Shown: in pieces, positions 22,011 through 31,497 of the stretch | Position numbering within the stretch: the stretch's first letter is position 1 | Layout: each line of letters opens with the position of its first letter | Source of the DNA: an uncultured Actinomycetota bacterium | GTDB lineage: Bacteria > Actinomycetota > Actinomycetes > Propionibacteriales > Nocardioidaceae | Direction: 5' to 3' | Length of the DNA stretch: 64,000 bases | Assembly (NCBI GenBank): GCA_963833975.1 | Contig: CAWIAB010000004.1 | Location: 434,586-498,585 of the forward strand | Notes under the pieces: model-generated | What the model saw: the letters and a program-made list of their open reading frames with translations, nothing else | What the model was told of the DNA's origin: nothing | Databases searched by the model: none | Program-made: the position numbers and the translations under genes

Positions 22011-23192
22011 ATGAAGATATGCTCGCGCGCTTTAGGCTGCGCACTGGTGGCGATCGGCGGGCTGCTGCTCGGCTCGGTTCAAGCGGCACAGGCCGCACCT
22101 GGAGCCCCCTCGCCGGCGCCCTGGGTCAGCACCACAGCGGGCGCGGCCCAAACCTGCGGGTTGCGCAGCAATCTCGGCCTGTGGTGTTGGGGTTTCAACA
22201 GCTACGGCCAGGTTGGCGACGGAACCACGACCTGGCGCAGCCTGCCGGTCCGGATCGGGCGGCAGGCGACCTGGGCTTCCGTGAGCGCGGGTTTCGTCCA
22301 CACCTGCGCGATCCGCACCGATGCCACCGCCTGGTGTTGGGGAGACAACCGGGCCGGCCAGCTGGGCGACGGGACGTCCGTGCAGCGCCATAGCCCCTTC
22401 CAGGTGGGCAGCAACGACGACTGGGCGACCATCAGCGCAGGGGGGCGGCACTCGTGCGGCACCCGGACCGACGGCACGGTCTGGTGCTGGGGGGCGAACG
22501 GCTATGGTCAGCTCGGCGACGGCACAACGCGACGTAAGAGGATCCCGGTGCAGGTCGGCACAAGCCACGACTGGGTGAGTGTGAGTGCGGGGCACATGCA
22601 CACCTGTGCGACGAAGGCTGATGGCTCCGCCTGGTGCTGGGGCCACGACGCCACCGGTCAGCTGGGCGACGGCACGCGGACCGACCGCAACGTCCCCGTC
22701 CAGGTCGACGGGGTCGGGGAATGGCGGCTCGTCGTGGCGGGCTACGGGCACACCTGTGGCATCAGAGCCGATGGCTCCGCCTGGTGCTGGGGCGCCAACA
22801 GCCGAGGGCAGCTAGGCGACGGCACCCATGCCCTGAGCGCCGTACCGGTGCAGGTGGGCTCCGCCACGAGCTGGGCGGGGATCGCCGTGGGCGGTCGTCA
22901 CACCTGCGCCACCCGCATCACCGGCACCGCCTGGTGTTGGGGCGGCAACCCGTTCGGGGCGCTGGGCGTCGGGGATCGGTCCGACCGCTCGTCACCCACC
23001 CAGGTCGGGACGGCGACGATCTGGGCCTCGATCTCCGCGGGTCACTACCACTCGTGTGCCCTCGAGCTCTCGGGACGGGCTTGGTGCTGGGGCTTCAACG
23101 GCGCCGGACAGCTAGGGACCGGCGACACCCGTGACCGGATCAGACCGGTCCAGGTGAAGCGTGACCACCAGGATTCGGCGTCCGGCGGTTAG
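22011..23192 (+). CDS. secreted RCC1-repeat (beta-propeller) protein
   Basis: ATG at 22011 follows GGGGAGG. Signal peptide MKICSRALGCALVAIGGLLLGSVQAAQA. Seven repeats of the type HTCAxxxDGxAWCWGxNxxGQLGDGT. The annotated ORF 21549..23192 starts too far upstream. Confidence 0.85.
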   Translation: MKICSRALGCALVAIGGLLLGSVQAAQAAPGAPSPAPWVSTTAGAAQTCGLRSNLGLWCWGFNSYGQVGDGTTTWRSLPVRIGRQATWASVSAGFVHTCAIRTDATAWCWGDNRAGQLGDGTSVQRHSPFQVGSNDDWATISAGGRHSCGTRTDGTVWCWGANGYGQLGDGTTRRKRIPVQVGTSHDWVSVSAGHMHTCATKADGSAWCWGHDATGQLGDGTRTDRNVPVQVDGVGEWRLVVAGYGHTCGIRADGSAWCWGANSRGQLGDGTHALSAVPVQVGSATSWAGIAVGGRHTCATRITGTAWCWGGNPFGALGVGDRSDRSSPTQVGTATIWASISAGHYHSCALELSGRAWCWGFNGAGQLGTGDTRDRIRPVQVKRDHQDSASGG

Positions 23193-24028
23193 CTGCCCTC
23201 GGGTGCGCCGTGGGCCTTGATGGACAGCGGCTCCCACTCGCGCCAGGTGGCGAGCCGGTTCTCGTAGTCCTTGGTCGCGATGGCCAACGGACCGTCGCCG
23301 AAGAAGATCCGCAGCGGCGGGTTCTCGGCGTCGACCAGCTCGAGGATCGCCTCCCGAGTAGCCAGCGGGTTGCCGCGACCAGGCGCGACCTCGGCCCGCC
23401 GAGCCTCGAGCCGGGTCCGGAGGTCGTCGTAGGCGTCGATGGTTGTCGTGTGCCGTGCCGACGGGCCGGCCCAGTCCGTTGTGTAGCCGGCCGGCTCGAT
23501 CACGGTGACCTTGATGCCGAACTCTGCGACCTCGGCGGCGAGTGACTGGCTGATGCCCTCGAGCGCCCACTTGGAAGCGTGGTACATGCCGATGTTCGGG
23601 AAGGCGGTGATGCCGCCGATCGACGTGACCTGCAGGATGTGTCCGGATCCCTGTGCCCGCAAGAACGGCAGCGCCGCCTGCGTCACCCAGAGCGCGCCGA
23701 AGAGGTTCGTCTCGATCTGGTCGCGGGCCTCCTGCTCACTGAGCTCCTCGACGAAACCGAACTGGCCGTAGCCCGCGTTGTTGATGACGATGTCGAGCCG
23801 ACCGAACGTCTCGTGCGCCTTCGCGACGGCCGCGAAGTCGGCCTCGCGGTCGGTCACGTCGAGCCGAAGCGGGAGGAGTGCGGTGCCGTACGTGTCGGCG
23901 AGGTCATCGAGCGTGGAGGTGTCGCGCGCCGTGGCCGCGACCGAGTCGCCGCGTTCGAGCGCGGCGATCGTCCACTCGCGGCCGAAGCCTCGGGAGGCGC
24001 CGGTGATGAACCATGTCTTCTCTGCCAT
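23189..24028 (-). CDS. SDR family oxidoreductase
   Basis: Intact 279-aa ORF with TGASRGFG, NNAG and YHASKWA motifs. Confidence 0.85.
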   Translation of the reverse strand: MAEKTWFITGASRGFGREWTIAALERGDSVAATARDTSTLDDLADTYGTALLPLRLDVTDREADFAAVAKAHETFGRLDIVINNAGYGQFGFVEELSEQEARDQIETNLFGALWVTQAALPFLRAQGSGHILQVTSIGGITAFPNIGMYHASKWALEGISQSLAAEVAEFGIKVTVIEPAGYTTDWAGPSARHTTTIDAYDDLRTRLEARRAEVAPGRGNPLATREAILELVDAENPPLRIFFGDGPLAIATKDYENRLATWREWEPLSIKAHGAPEGS

Positions 24029-24064
24029 CAGATCTCCTGTTGTCTACGTGGCGTTCGGGTCGGC

Positions 24065-25063
24065 TCAGCGGCTCGCGGAAGGGATCAGGCCAGCCGCTTC
24101 GGCGAGCAGCTCGAACGAACGCAACCGTTGCGGTCCGCTCGGCGACTGACCGGCCACGATCAGCTCATCGGCGTCCGCGTGCGCGACGAATCCGTCCAGG
24201 TAGTCCTTGACCTCGGGCGGTGTCCCCAGGGCTGTGTACGTCGTCATCTGCCGAATCTGCTGTCCTGCAGGCGACTCGAGGAGGATGTCGGCCTGCTCGT
24301 CGGTGAAGCGCCGACCGCGGCCCAGCATGAGACTGACTCGCCGCCGCAGCGCCACCCGCAGCTGCTCCTGCGCTTCGTCGGTCGTATCGGCCGCGATGAC
24401 GTTCACCCCGGCGACGACGTACGGCTCCGCGAGCTGCTCCGACGGCTGAAAGTCCCTTCGGTATGTCGCGACGGCGTCGTGCAGCGCGGCCGGGGCGAAG
24501 TGCGAAGCGAAGCAGTACGGCAGCCCGAGCGCGGCGGCCAGCTGCGCGCCGAAGAGGGACGAGCCGAGGATGTAGAGCGGCACCTGCGTACCCCGGCCCG
24601 GCGTCGCGTGGACCCCTGGCACCCGGGAGTCGGTGGACAGATAGCCCTGGAGCTCGAGCACGTCCTGCGGGAAGGTGTCGGCGGACATCGGGTTGCGCCG
24701 CAGTGCCCGCATCATCTCCTGGTCGCCGCCCGGGGCTCGGCCGAGGCCGAGGTCGATCCGCCCGGGGTGCAGCGTCTCGAGGGTGCCGAACTGCTCCGCG
24801 ATCGTCAGCGGCGCGTGGTTCGGCAGCATGACACCGCCCGCCCCGACCCGGATCGTCGAGGTGTTCGCCGCGATGTGCGCGATCAGCACACTGGTCGCGG
24901 ACGAGGCGATGGTCGACATGTTGTGGTGCTCGGCGTACCAGACTCGGCGGTATCCCCACGCCTCTGCGCGCTGGGCTAGCTCGACACTGGCCGTGAAGCT
25001 GTCGCGTGCCGTCTCTCCCTCGCCGATCGCGGCCAGGTCGAGGATCGAGAGGGGAACTGTCAT
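24065..25063 (-). CDS. LLM-class (luciferase-like) flavin-dependent oxidoreductase
   Basis: ATG at 25063 ([17 protein letters not shown]...) within ORF 24065..25363. Contains WYAEHHNM and other luciferase-like monooxygenase family features. Confidence 0.8.
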   Translation of the reverse strand: MTVPLSILDLAAIGEGETARDSFTASVELAQRAEAWGYRRVWYAEHHNMSTIASSATSVLIAHIAANTSTIRVGAGGVMLPNHAPLTIAEQFGTLETLHPGRIDLGLGRAPGGDQEMMRALRRNPMSADTFPQDVLELQGYLSTDSRVPGVHATPGRGTQVPLYILGSSLFGAQLAAALGLPYCFASHFAPAALHDAVATYRRDFQPSEQLAEPYVVAGVNVIAADTTDEAQEQLRVALRRRVSLMLGRGRRFTDEQADILLESPAGQQIRQMTTYTALGTPPEVKDYLDGFVAHADADELIVAGQSPSGPQRLRSFELLAEAAGLIPSASR

Positions 25064-25101
25064 CCTTGGCGGCAACCGATCGACGCTGCTCCCTATTCCC
25101 G

Positions 25102-25855
25102 TTAGTGGCCCAGGACCCGCGGAGGCTCGTGTGTGATGTCGCCCACCCAGGTGGTCGGCAGGGGCGCGGCGGCCGGGTTGAGGTGCTGCACGATGAGGTC
25201 GAGCACGATGTCGGCCTGCCCCACCCAGAGATGCTTCCCGTCGGGTACGGCGATCACCTCGGCCTGCGGGATCGCGGCGAACCGCCGGCGCGCCTCGTCG
25301 GGACGCAGGTAGTCGTCGTACTCGGGCACGATCGCCACGACCGGCTTGCCGGAGTCGGCCCACCCGGCAAGATCCGCGTCAGCTGCGGACTTCAGCGGCG
25401 GGGACAGGAGAACGGCGCCGATCACGGACGGCTCGTTGCCGTACCTCAACGCCAGGTCGGTGCCGAACGACCAGCCGACGACCCAGCACTTCGGCAGATC
25501 GGCGAACTCGGCGTACTCGACAGCGGCCGCGACGTCGTACCTCTCGCCCGTCCCGTCGTCGAACACTCCCTCGCTGGTGCCGTGGATGCTCGACGTGCCG
25601 CGGGTGTTGAAACGCACCACTGCCAGCTGCGCCAAGGCAGGCAACCGGGCGGCCGCCTTGCGGAAGATCTGGCTGTCCATCATGCCACCGTGGGTCGGCA
25701 GCGGGTGCAGGCAGAGCATGGTCGCCACCGGATCGGAGTCGACCGGTAAGGCGACCTCGCCCACCAGACTGAGACCGTCTCGCCGTGGTGAGCGTGATCG
25801 GTTCGCGGCGGGCAGGGAGCAGCGAGTTCGACCGGATCTTGTGAGTGGTGGGCAC
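25102..25855 (-). pseudogene. alpha/beta hydrolase, one 1-nt insertion near the N-terminus
   Basis: ORF 25102..25764 starts at GEVALPVD. Upstream, one frame off, is VPTTHKIRSNSLLPARREPITLTTA followed by DGLSLVGEVALP, consistent with an extra base at about 25780. GTG at 25855. 754 nt = 251 codons + 1. GWSFG nucleophile elbow is present. Confidence 0.65.
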
Positions 25856-25872
25856 GTCGTGCTCGAGACTGC

Positions 25873-27660
25873 TCAGCTCGCAGAGTGGTCGCGGAACCCG
25901 CGGCCGGTCTTGCGACCCAGGTAGCCGGCGGTCACCATGTGCTCGAGCAGTGGCGCGGGGGCGAAGCCAGGCTCGCGGAACTCGAGATAGAGCTGGCGCT
26001 GGATCGCGAGCGAGACGTCGTTGCCGACGACATCGAGCAGCTCGAACGGTCCCATCGGCAGCGCACACCCTTGTTTCATTGCGGTGTCGATGTCGTCGGC
26101 GGTCGCGTAGTGAGCCTCGAGCATGCGCACGGCGTCGTTGAGGTACGGGAAGAGCAGCGCATTGACCACGAAGCCTGCTCGGTCGCCGCACGCGACCGGG
26201 TGCTTGCCGATCGCCAGGCAGACCGCGCGCGCGGTCTCCGTCACCTCTGGCGCTGTCGACACCGTCGAGACGACCTCGACCAGATCCATGACCTGTGCCG
26301 GGTTGAAGAAGTGCATCCCGACGACATCGGACGGCCGCCCGGTCACCGAGGCGATCTCGATCACCGGAAGAGACGACGTGGTCGTCGCCAGGATCGCCCC
26401 AGGCCTGCAGATCTCGTCGAGATTCTCGAACAACGCCTGCTTCACGCTCAGGTCCTCGGCAACCGCCTCGATCGACCAGGTCGACACCGGCCAGGTCGTC
26501 GAGGCGTCGTCGAGCCGTGGATGCGGGCGAGCGCGGTCTCGCGGTCCGACGCGTCCAGCCGGCCACGCTGGACCGCCTTCTCCATGCTGCGCGCCACGAC
26601 CTCGCGGACCTGAGCCACCTTCTCCGGACTGCGGGTGACGTAGGTGACCTCGATGCCTGCCTTGGCGAAGACCTCCACGATCCCGCTGGCCATCGTGCCC
26701 GAACCGACGACTCCGACGTGCTCGACCGGACGCCGCAGCTGCGGGGCCGACTCCGGACGTCGGCGACTCGGCGTCGGCGACCACGACCGGACTGTCCGCG
26801 GCCTCGTAGGTGTAGAAGCCGCGGCCGGTCTTCCGGCCGAGCAGCCCGGCCGTCACCATCTGCTTGATGATGGGCGCCGGAGCGTGCAGCCGGTTGCGAC
26901 CCTGGCGATACATCGTCTCGAGGATCTCGTACGCCGTGTCCAGGCCGATCAGGTCGAGCAGGGCGAGCGGACCCATCGGATACCGGCAGCCGAGCTTCAT
27001 GCCAGCGTCGAGATCCTCACGCGTCGCGTAGTCGGCTCTCGTACATCGAGACCGCATGGTTGAGGTAGCCGAAGAGCAGCGCGTTCGCGATGAAACCCGC
27101 CTTGTCTCCGACGGACACCGGGTTCTTGCCGAGGCGTTTCGCCAGCGCCAGCATGCTCTTCGACGATCTCCGGGTCTGTGACGACGGTGCGGATCACCTC
27201 GACGAACTGCTGCACGGGGGCGGGGTTGAAGAAGTGCATCCCGATCACCCGACCCGGCTGCGAGGTGGCCGCCGAGATCTCCGTGACGCTGAGCGACGAA
27301 GTGTTCGTGGCCAGGACGGCGTCCGGGCGGACGATCTCGTCGAGCTGCTGGAAGATGCCTGCGCTTGAGATCGAGACGCTCGACGACGGCCTCGACGACG
27401 AGGTCGCACTCCTTGAGGTCGCTGAGCGAGGTGGTCAGGGTGAGGCGGTCGAAGAGCGCCTGCTGGTCCGCCGGCGCGAGCTTCCCGCGCTTGACCGCCC
27501 GGTCGGTCGAGTGCTGCACGTGCCCCCGGCCCCGCTCCACCTGCTCGTCGGTCTGCTCGACCCCGATGACGGCGAACCCGTTGCGCGCAAAGACTTCCGC
27601 GATCCCGGCGCCCATCGTGCCCAGACCGACTACGCCGATGGTGGTGAACTCTCGTGCCAT
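25873..27660 (-). pseudogene. tandem-domain 3-hydroxyacyl/3-hydroxybutyryl-CoA dehydrogenase, six 1-nt insertions (net in frame)
   Basis: The 595-aa ORF stays open, but two stretches are out-of-frame junk. The proper sequence is recovered by skipping bases at about 27363, 27155 and 27034 (first domain: ...ERLDLK|[30 protein letters not shown]...[19 protein letters not shown]...IVEE|[28 protein letters not shown]...YES|DYATREDLD). The second domain needs skips at about 26754, 26504 and 26473 (...ESAPQLRRPVEHVGVVGSGTMASGIVEVF...HGSTT|LDDLAGVDLV|IEAVAEDLSVK). Confidence 0.8.
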
Positions 27661-27721
27661 GCTGTGAGTCTTTCACGAACCCTCTCGGCCGGACCAAACC
27701 GGTTGACGGGACACTTGCCTG

Positions 27722-28393
27722 GTGCGTCTCGTCATCGCCCGTTGCCAGGTCGACTACGCCGGACGGCTCACGGCGCACCTGCCGATGGCCATCCGGCTCC
27801 TGATCGTGAAGGCCGACGGGTCGGTGCTCGTGCACTCCGACGGGGGGTCGTACAAGCCCTTGAACTGGATGTCTCCTCCGTGCACCTTGATCGAGGGTCA
27901 TACGGAGGACGGCGCCGTCGAGTGGGTCGTCGAGGCCAAGGGCGGCGACACGCTCCGCATCCTGGTCGAGGAGGTGCTCAGCGACACGTCGTACGAGCTC
28001 GGCATCGATCCGGGGCTGCAGAAGGACGGTGTCGAGAAGCACCTGCAGGAGCTGCTCGCGGAGCATCCCGTGCGGTTGGGTGTGGGGCTCTCGCTGGTAC
28101 GCCGCGAGTACCCGACGGCCATCGGACCGGTGGACCTGCTGTGCCGCGACGAGGCCGGATCGGTCGCGGTCGAGATCAAGCGCCGCGGCGAGATCGACGG
28201 GGTCGAGCAGCTGACCCGCTACCTCGACCTGCTCAACCGCGACCCCCTGCTGGCCCCGGTACGAGGCATCTTCGCCGCCCAGGAGATCAAGCCACAGGCC
28301 CGCACCCTCGCCGCCGACCGCGGGATCGCCTGCATAGTGGTCGACTACGACGAGCTCCGCGGCATGGACGACCCCACCGCACGCCTCTTCTAG
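27722..28393 (+). CDS. nucS: endonuclease NucS (EndoMS)
   Basis: Intact 223-aa ORF from GTG: [21 protein letters not shown]...SYKPLNWM...[15 protein letters not shown]...[24 protein letters not shown]. Confidence 0.9.
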   Translation: MRLVIARCQVDYAGRLTAHLPMAIRLLIVKADGSVLVHSDGGSYKPLNWMSPPCTLIEGHTEDGAVEWVVEAKGGDTLRILVEEVLSDTSYELGIDPGLQKDGVEKHLQELLAEHPVRLGVGLSLVRREYPTAIGPVDLLCRDEAGSVAVEIKRRGEIDGVEQLTRYLDLLNRDPLLAPVRGIFAAQEIKPQARTLAADRGIACIVVDYDELRGMDDPTARLF

Positions 28394-28396
28394 CCC

Positions 28397-28417
28397 GTTG
28401 CGTGGTCACGTCGGTCC
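28397..28417 (+). repeat. solitary copy (E1) of the 22-bp GTTGAG...CCGGTCC repeat family, 3 nt after the nucS stop
   Basis: GTTGCGTGGTCACGTCGGTCC. 18/19 identical to 28912..28930 (14-nt perfect core GTGGTCACGTCGGT). About 15/21 identical to the array-unit sense form GTTGAGATGCCACTCCGGTCC. Confidence 0.55.
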
Positions 28418-28469
28418 GGTCCTGCCAGGTTGAAGCGTCACTTCCGTCCACTCTCTGACCGTCGAGGTG

Positions 28470-28871
28470 TCAGTTCGGTACGGCATGGCGCTGGACGAGC
28501 TCGATCGGGTTGCCGTCGAGATCCGCGACCCAGGCCACCCGCAGCGAGCCCTGGAGCCAGTCGTGCGGCTCGGACATCGAGAGGGCCCCCGCCGCCAGCA
28601 GCTCGGCGTAGGCGTGGTCGACGTCCTCGGTCCATAGACAGATCTCCATGGCGTTGCCGTCGGGCGACACGTCCAACCCATGGTCGGACCGCGCGGAAGC
28701 GACGTTCGCGATCCCCAGACAGAACCCGTCGAGACGCAGCTCGACGTGGATGGGCGAGCCTTCTCGAGGGGTCCGGAAGGACTCCTCGAACCCCAATCCG
28801 GTATAGAACGTCACAGACCGCTCGACATCGTCGACGTACATGTTGACCTGGGGACGGTGAAACGGTGCCAC
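28470..28871 (-). CDS. VOC family (glyoxalase/bleomycin-resistance fold) protein
   Basis: GTG at 28871 within ORF 28470..28961: VAPFHRPQVNMYVDDVERSVTFYTGLGFEESF...VAWVADLDGNPIELVQ. Confidence 0.7.
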   Translation of the reverse strand: MAPFHRPQVNMYVDDVERSVTFYTGLGFEESFRTPREGSPIHVELRLDGFCLGIANVASARSDHGLDVSPDGNAMEICLWTEDVDHAYAELLAAGALSMSEPHDWLQGSLRVAWVADLDGNPIELVQRHAVPN

Positions 28872-28911
28872 GTCTACCTCCACCTCGGTACGGTCGCGTC
28901 CTGGCCAACAT

Positions 28912-28963
28912 GTTGAGTGGTCACGTCGGTGCAGCAATGAGGGACCGGAGTGACCACTCAACC
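28912..28963. repeat. inverted pair (E2/E3) of the 22-bp repeat family forming a 12-bp-stem hairpin, 6 nt after the stop of the 28970..29869 gene
   Basis: Arms TTGAGTGGTCAC (28913..28924) and GTGACCACTCAA (28950..28961) with a 25-nt spacer. E3 (28942..28963, GGACCGGAGTGACCACTCAACC) is 19/22 to 20/22 identical to units of the 40.1-kb array. Confidence 0.65.
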
Positions 28964-28969
28964 TTAGGG

Positions 28970-29869
28970 TCAGAAGTCGCCGCCGCCGAAGTCGCCACCG
29001 CCGTCGAAACCACCGCCGTCGAAACCACCCCCGTCGAACCCGCCGCCATCGAAACCGCCGCCGTCATAGCCACTACCGTCGCCGCCGGACCCGCTGTCGT
29101 CGTACCCGCCCTGGTCCGAGCCCTGGTCCGAGCCTTGGTCGGAGCCGGCGTCATAACCCGCGTCGTAGCCCTGGTCGTATCCACCTCCGCCGTCGAACAG
29201 CCCACCCATCATGGTGCCGACGAACAACAGCTCCAACGGGAAGAACGCACCGAAATATCCCGCGGTCCACGGCTGGAAAGCCGGTCCTGCCTGCCAGTAC
29301 GGCACCCGCTGGGGCCCCACCATGACCTGGCGGGTCATCGGCTCCGCGCCCGAGGCAATTCGCTCCGCGTCGGCCGCGCAGACCGGCACCTCGCGTGGCG
29401 CCCCGCCCTCGGGCGACCAGGTGATGTCCTTGACCGAGGGACCGTGTTGGGGGTTGAAGAAGCAGGGCGAGCGACGTTGCGGAATCGGCTCGCCGGCTAC
29501 CCGGGCACGCACGCAGGTGACCGAGTATCGGCCATCCTCCAGGATCTCGGTGACGTGGCGGATCTGGTCGGGACGGGTGACGGCGGCGACCGACTCCTTG
29601 GCGGCCTCGTAGCCGTCCAGCGCGCGTTGATAGTCCTGCCTGGCGGTCGCATCGAGCTCGTGCCCCGCCAGGTCGACGTCCAGCTGACGGAGGTCGTCAC
29701 CGAACACCGTGACGTCCTCGTCCGCGGCCCTCTTGACCGCCTCGAGCTGCTCGGCAGAGATCCGCTCCCGCCGCTCCGCAGCCTCCCGGCTGGCGGTCCG
29801 CCCGCGAGACACGGCGCTGGCAATCCCGATGAGGGCGACGACGACCACCACCAGTAGTACCCAGATCAA
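28970..29869 (-). CDS. membrane-anchored protein with Gly/Asp-rich repetitive C-terminus
   Basis: Intact 299-aa ORF (TTG start). N-terminal TM MIWVLLVVVVVALIGIASAV, a second TM near the C-terminus, then (GGGFD)x4. Function unknown. Confidence 0.65.
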   Translation of the reverse strand: MIWVLLVVVVVALIGIASAVSRGRTASREAAERRERISAEQLEAVKRAADEDVTVFGDDLRQLDVDLAGHELDATARQDYQRALDGYEAAKESVAAVTRPDQIRHVTEILEDGRYSVTCVRARVAGEPIPQRRSPCFFNPQHGPSVKDITWSPEGGAPREVPVCAADAERIASGAEPMTRQVMVGPQRVPYWQAGPAFQPWTAGYFGAFFPLELLFVGTMMGGLFDGGGGYDQGYDAGYDAGSDQGSDQGSDQGGYDDSGSGGDGSGYDGGGFDGGGFDGGGFDGGGFDGGGDFGGGDF

Positions 29870-30024
29870 GAGTCCTCCGTCTCTATCCCGTCGACCAGCT
29901 CACCACCTCGTCGGCGCACCCCCACGAGACTGTGACGCCGGCCCCCCGTGTCCGTAACAGTGCACCACATATGCCCCGCCCGAAACCCGTTCGACCTCGA
30001 GCCGCACCTGCTCGCGGGGCAAGG

Positions 30025-30549
30025 TCAGGCGCCGGCGCTCGGCGGCGCCGTCGAGTCGCTGTCCGCGGAGCTCTGCTCCCGTGCGACGTACTCCTCGATG
30101 GCCTCGATGTCGGCCTTCGCGCGCTTCACGACCGTGAGCAGGTCGGACATCGTTGAGACCTCCTCGACCTGCTCTTTGATGAACCACTGGGTGAACTGGT
30201 CCGACGCGAAGTCGTTCTCGGCGCGAGCGATCGCGGTGAGCTCGTAGATCTGCTGGGTGACCCGCCGCTCCTGCGCGAGGGCGAGCTCGACCGGCGCGAC
30301 GATGTCGGCGAAGTCGTTGCGCGGTGCCCCCACCCCAGGGATCTCAACCGGCTCGTCCTGGTCGAGCAGGTACTGCACCATCATCATGGCGTGATCGCGC
30401 TCCTCGAGGGCCTGACGGTAGAAGAAGCCGGCCATCTGCGGCATGGTGAGCCCGTCGTAGTAGACGGCGCACGCGACGTACTGCTGGTGTGCTGCGAACT
30501 CGTTGCCGATCTGCAGGTTGAGCTGGTCGACGAACTTCCTCGAGGCCAT
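30025..30549 (-). CDS. ferritin (non-haem, BfrB/Ftn-like)
   Basis: ATG at 30549 follows AGGAG. Sequence MASRKFVDQLNLQIGNEFAAHQQYVACAVYY...ALEERDHAMMMVQYL...QERRVTQQI...FIKEQVEE carries ferroxidase-centre E/H residues. Confidence 0.85.
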   Translation of the reverse strand: MASRKFVDQLNLQIGNEFAAHQQYVACAVYYDGLTMPQMAGFFYRQALEERDHAMMMVQYLLDQDEPVEIPGVGAPRNDFADIVAPVELALAQERRVTQQIYELTAIARAENDFASDQFTQWFIKEQVEEVSTMSDLLTVVKRAKADIEAIEEYVAREQSSADSDSTAPPSAGA

Positions 30550-30598
30550 ACGGATACTCCTGAGAGCAGCTCGGAACGGCACCAGCGGGTGTCAGGTG

Positions 30599-30617
30599 CC
30601 AAGTTAGGCATACCTTA
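30599..30617. promoter_or_regulatory. candidate IdeR/DtxR iron box
   Basis: CCAAGTTAGGCATACCTTA matches 13/19 of the consensus TTAGGTTAGGCTAACCTAA as I recall it. It lies in the 91-bp divergent gap between the ferritin gene and the small Cys-rich ORF. Confidence 0.35.
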
Positions 30618-30640
30618 GCAGCGTTGGTTATGCTCATCCG

Positions 30641-30832
30641 GTGGCGGCGAAGCATCCCAAGCGAAAGTGCTGCATCAGCAGACCGAAGTGCAAACGCTGC
30701 CCCTTGCGGATGATGGCCGACGGAACGCTGCCACCGGGCTTCACCGTCAAGAAGCGCAAGCTGGTCAAGGTCAAGAAGATCAAGAAGTCGGCAAAGGGAT
30801 CCGGCCGAGGCAGCATCCCGAAGGCCGCCTAG
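30641..30832 (+). CDS. small basic Cys-rich protein (63 aa)
   Basis: GTG-start ORF VAAKHPKRKCCISRPKCKRCPLRMMADGTLPPGFTVKKRKLVKVKKIKK... with a CC-x6-C-x2-C cluster. Codon usage is coding-like and it is divergent from the ferritin gene. No strong SD. Confidence 0.45.
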   Translation: MAAKHPKRKCCISRPKCKRCPLRMMADGTLPPGFTVKKRKLVKVKKIKKSAKGSGRGSIPKAA

Positions 30833-30850
30833 CCCGACCGCGGACTGCCT

Positions 30851-31462
30851 TCACACCGGCACGTCGGCCCACGTGCGCAGGAGCCAGCCGTCGGCATCCA
30901 CGTCCAGCTCGCAGGTCGCGCAGTTGTTCAGCGGCCGGCCGCGGGCATAGTCGCGGGGCACGTTGCTGGCCAGCATCGGCAGGGTCACGCCGATCGCTCC
31001 ACCGTGGCTCACCACCAGCACGGTCTCGCCGCGGAACTGGTCTGCTGCGGATTCGAGCTCACCGCTCATCCGCCGTACGACATCCTCGCCGGTCTCCGCA
31101 TCGGGAGCCGACGCGGTCAGATCCCCGTCGATCCAGCGCTGGAAAACCGGGTCGAAGATCCCGCGAGGATCCGGCAGCCCCGCGAAGCCTCCGACCGAGG
31201 CCTCCCGCAGGTCATGACGAACGCGGACCGGCGCTCCGAGCACGGCCGCGACGATCTCGGCGGTCTGGACCGCGCGAGACATGTCGCTGCACCAGATCGC
31301 CGCCAGTCGACGATCCGCGAGCCGGCCCGCGAGCTCCGCGGCCTGGCGGCGGCCGAGATCCGTCAGCCATCCACCATCGTCGCTCGCGATGCCGATCACG
31401 TCATAGGTCGCCTCGCCATGGCGGGCGACCACCAGCGTGGCCGGGCAGAACAGGTCGGACAT
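30851..31462 (-). CDS. histidine phosphatase (phosphoglycerate mutase) family protein
   Basis: Intact 203-aa ORF with the RHGE motif (VVARHGEATY) and a later SHGG. Confidence 0.85.
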   Translation of the reverse strand: MSDLFCPATLVVARHGEATYDVIGIASDDGGWLTDLGRRQAAELAGRLADRRLAAIWCSDMSRAVQTAEIVAAVLGAPVRVRHDLREASVGGFAGLPDPRGIFDPVFQRWIDGDLTASAPDAETGEDVVRRMSGELESAADQFRGETVLVVSHGGAIGVTLPMLASNVPRDYARGRPLNNCATCELDVDADGWLLRTWADVPV

Positions 31463-31497
31463 CGAGCCACTCTAACCTCAGTCGATAGGGTCGGTGC

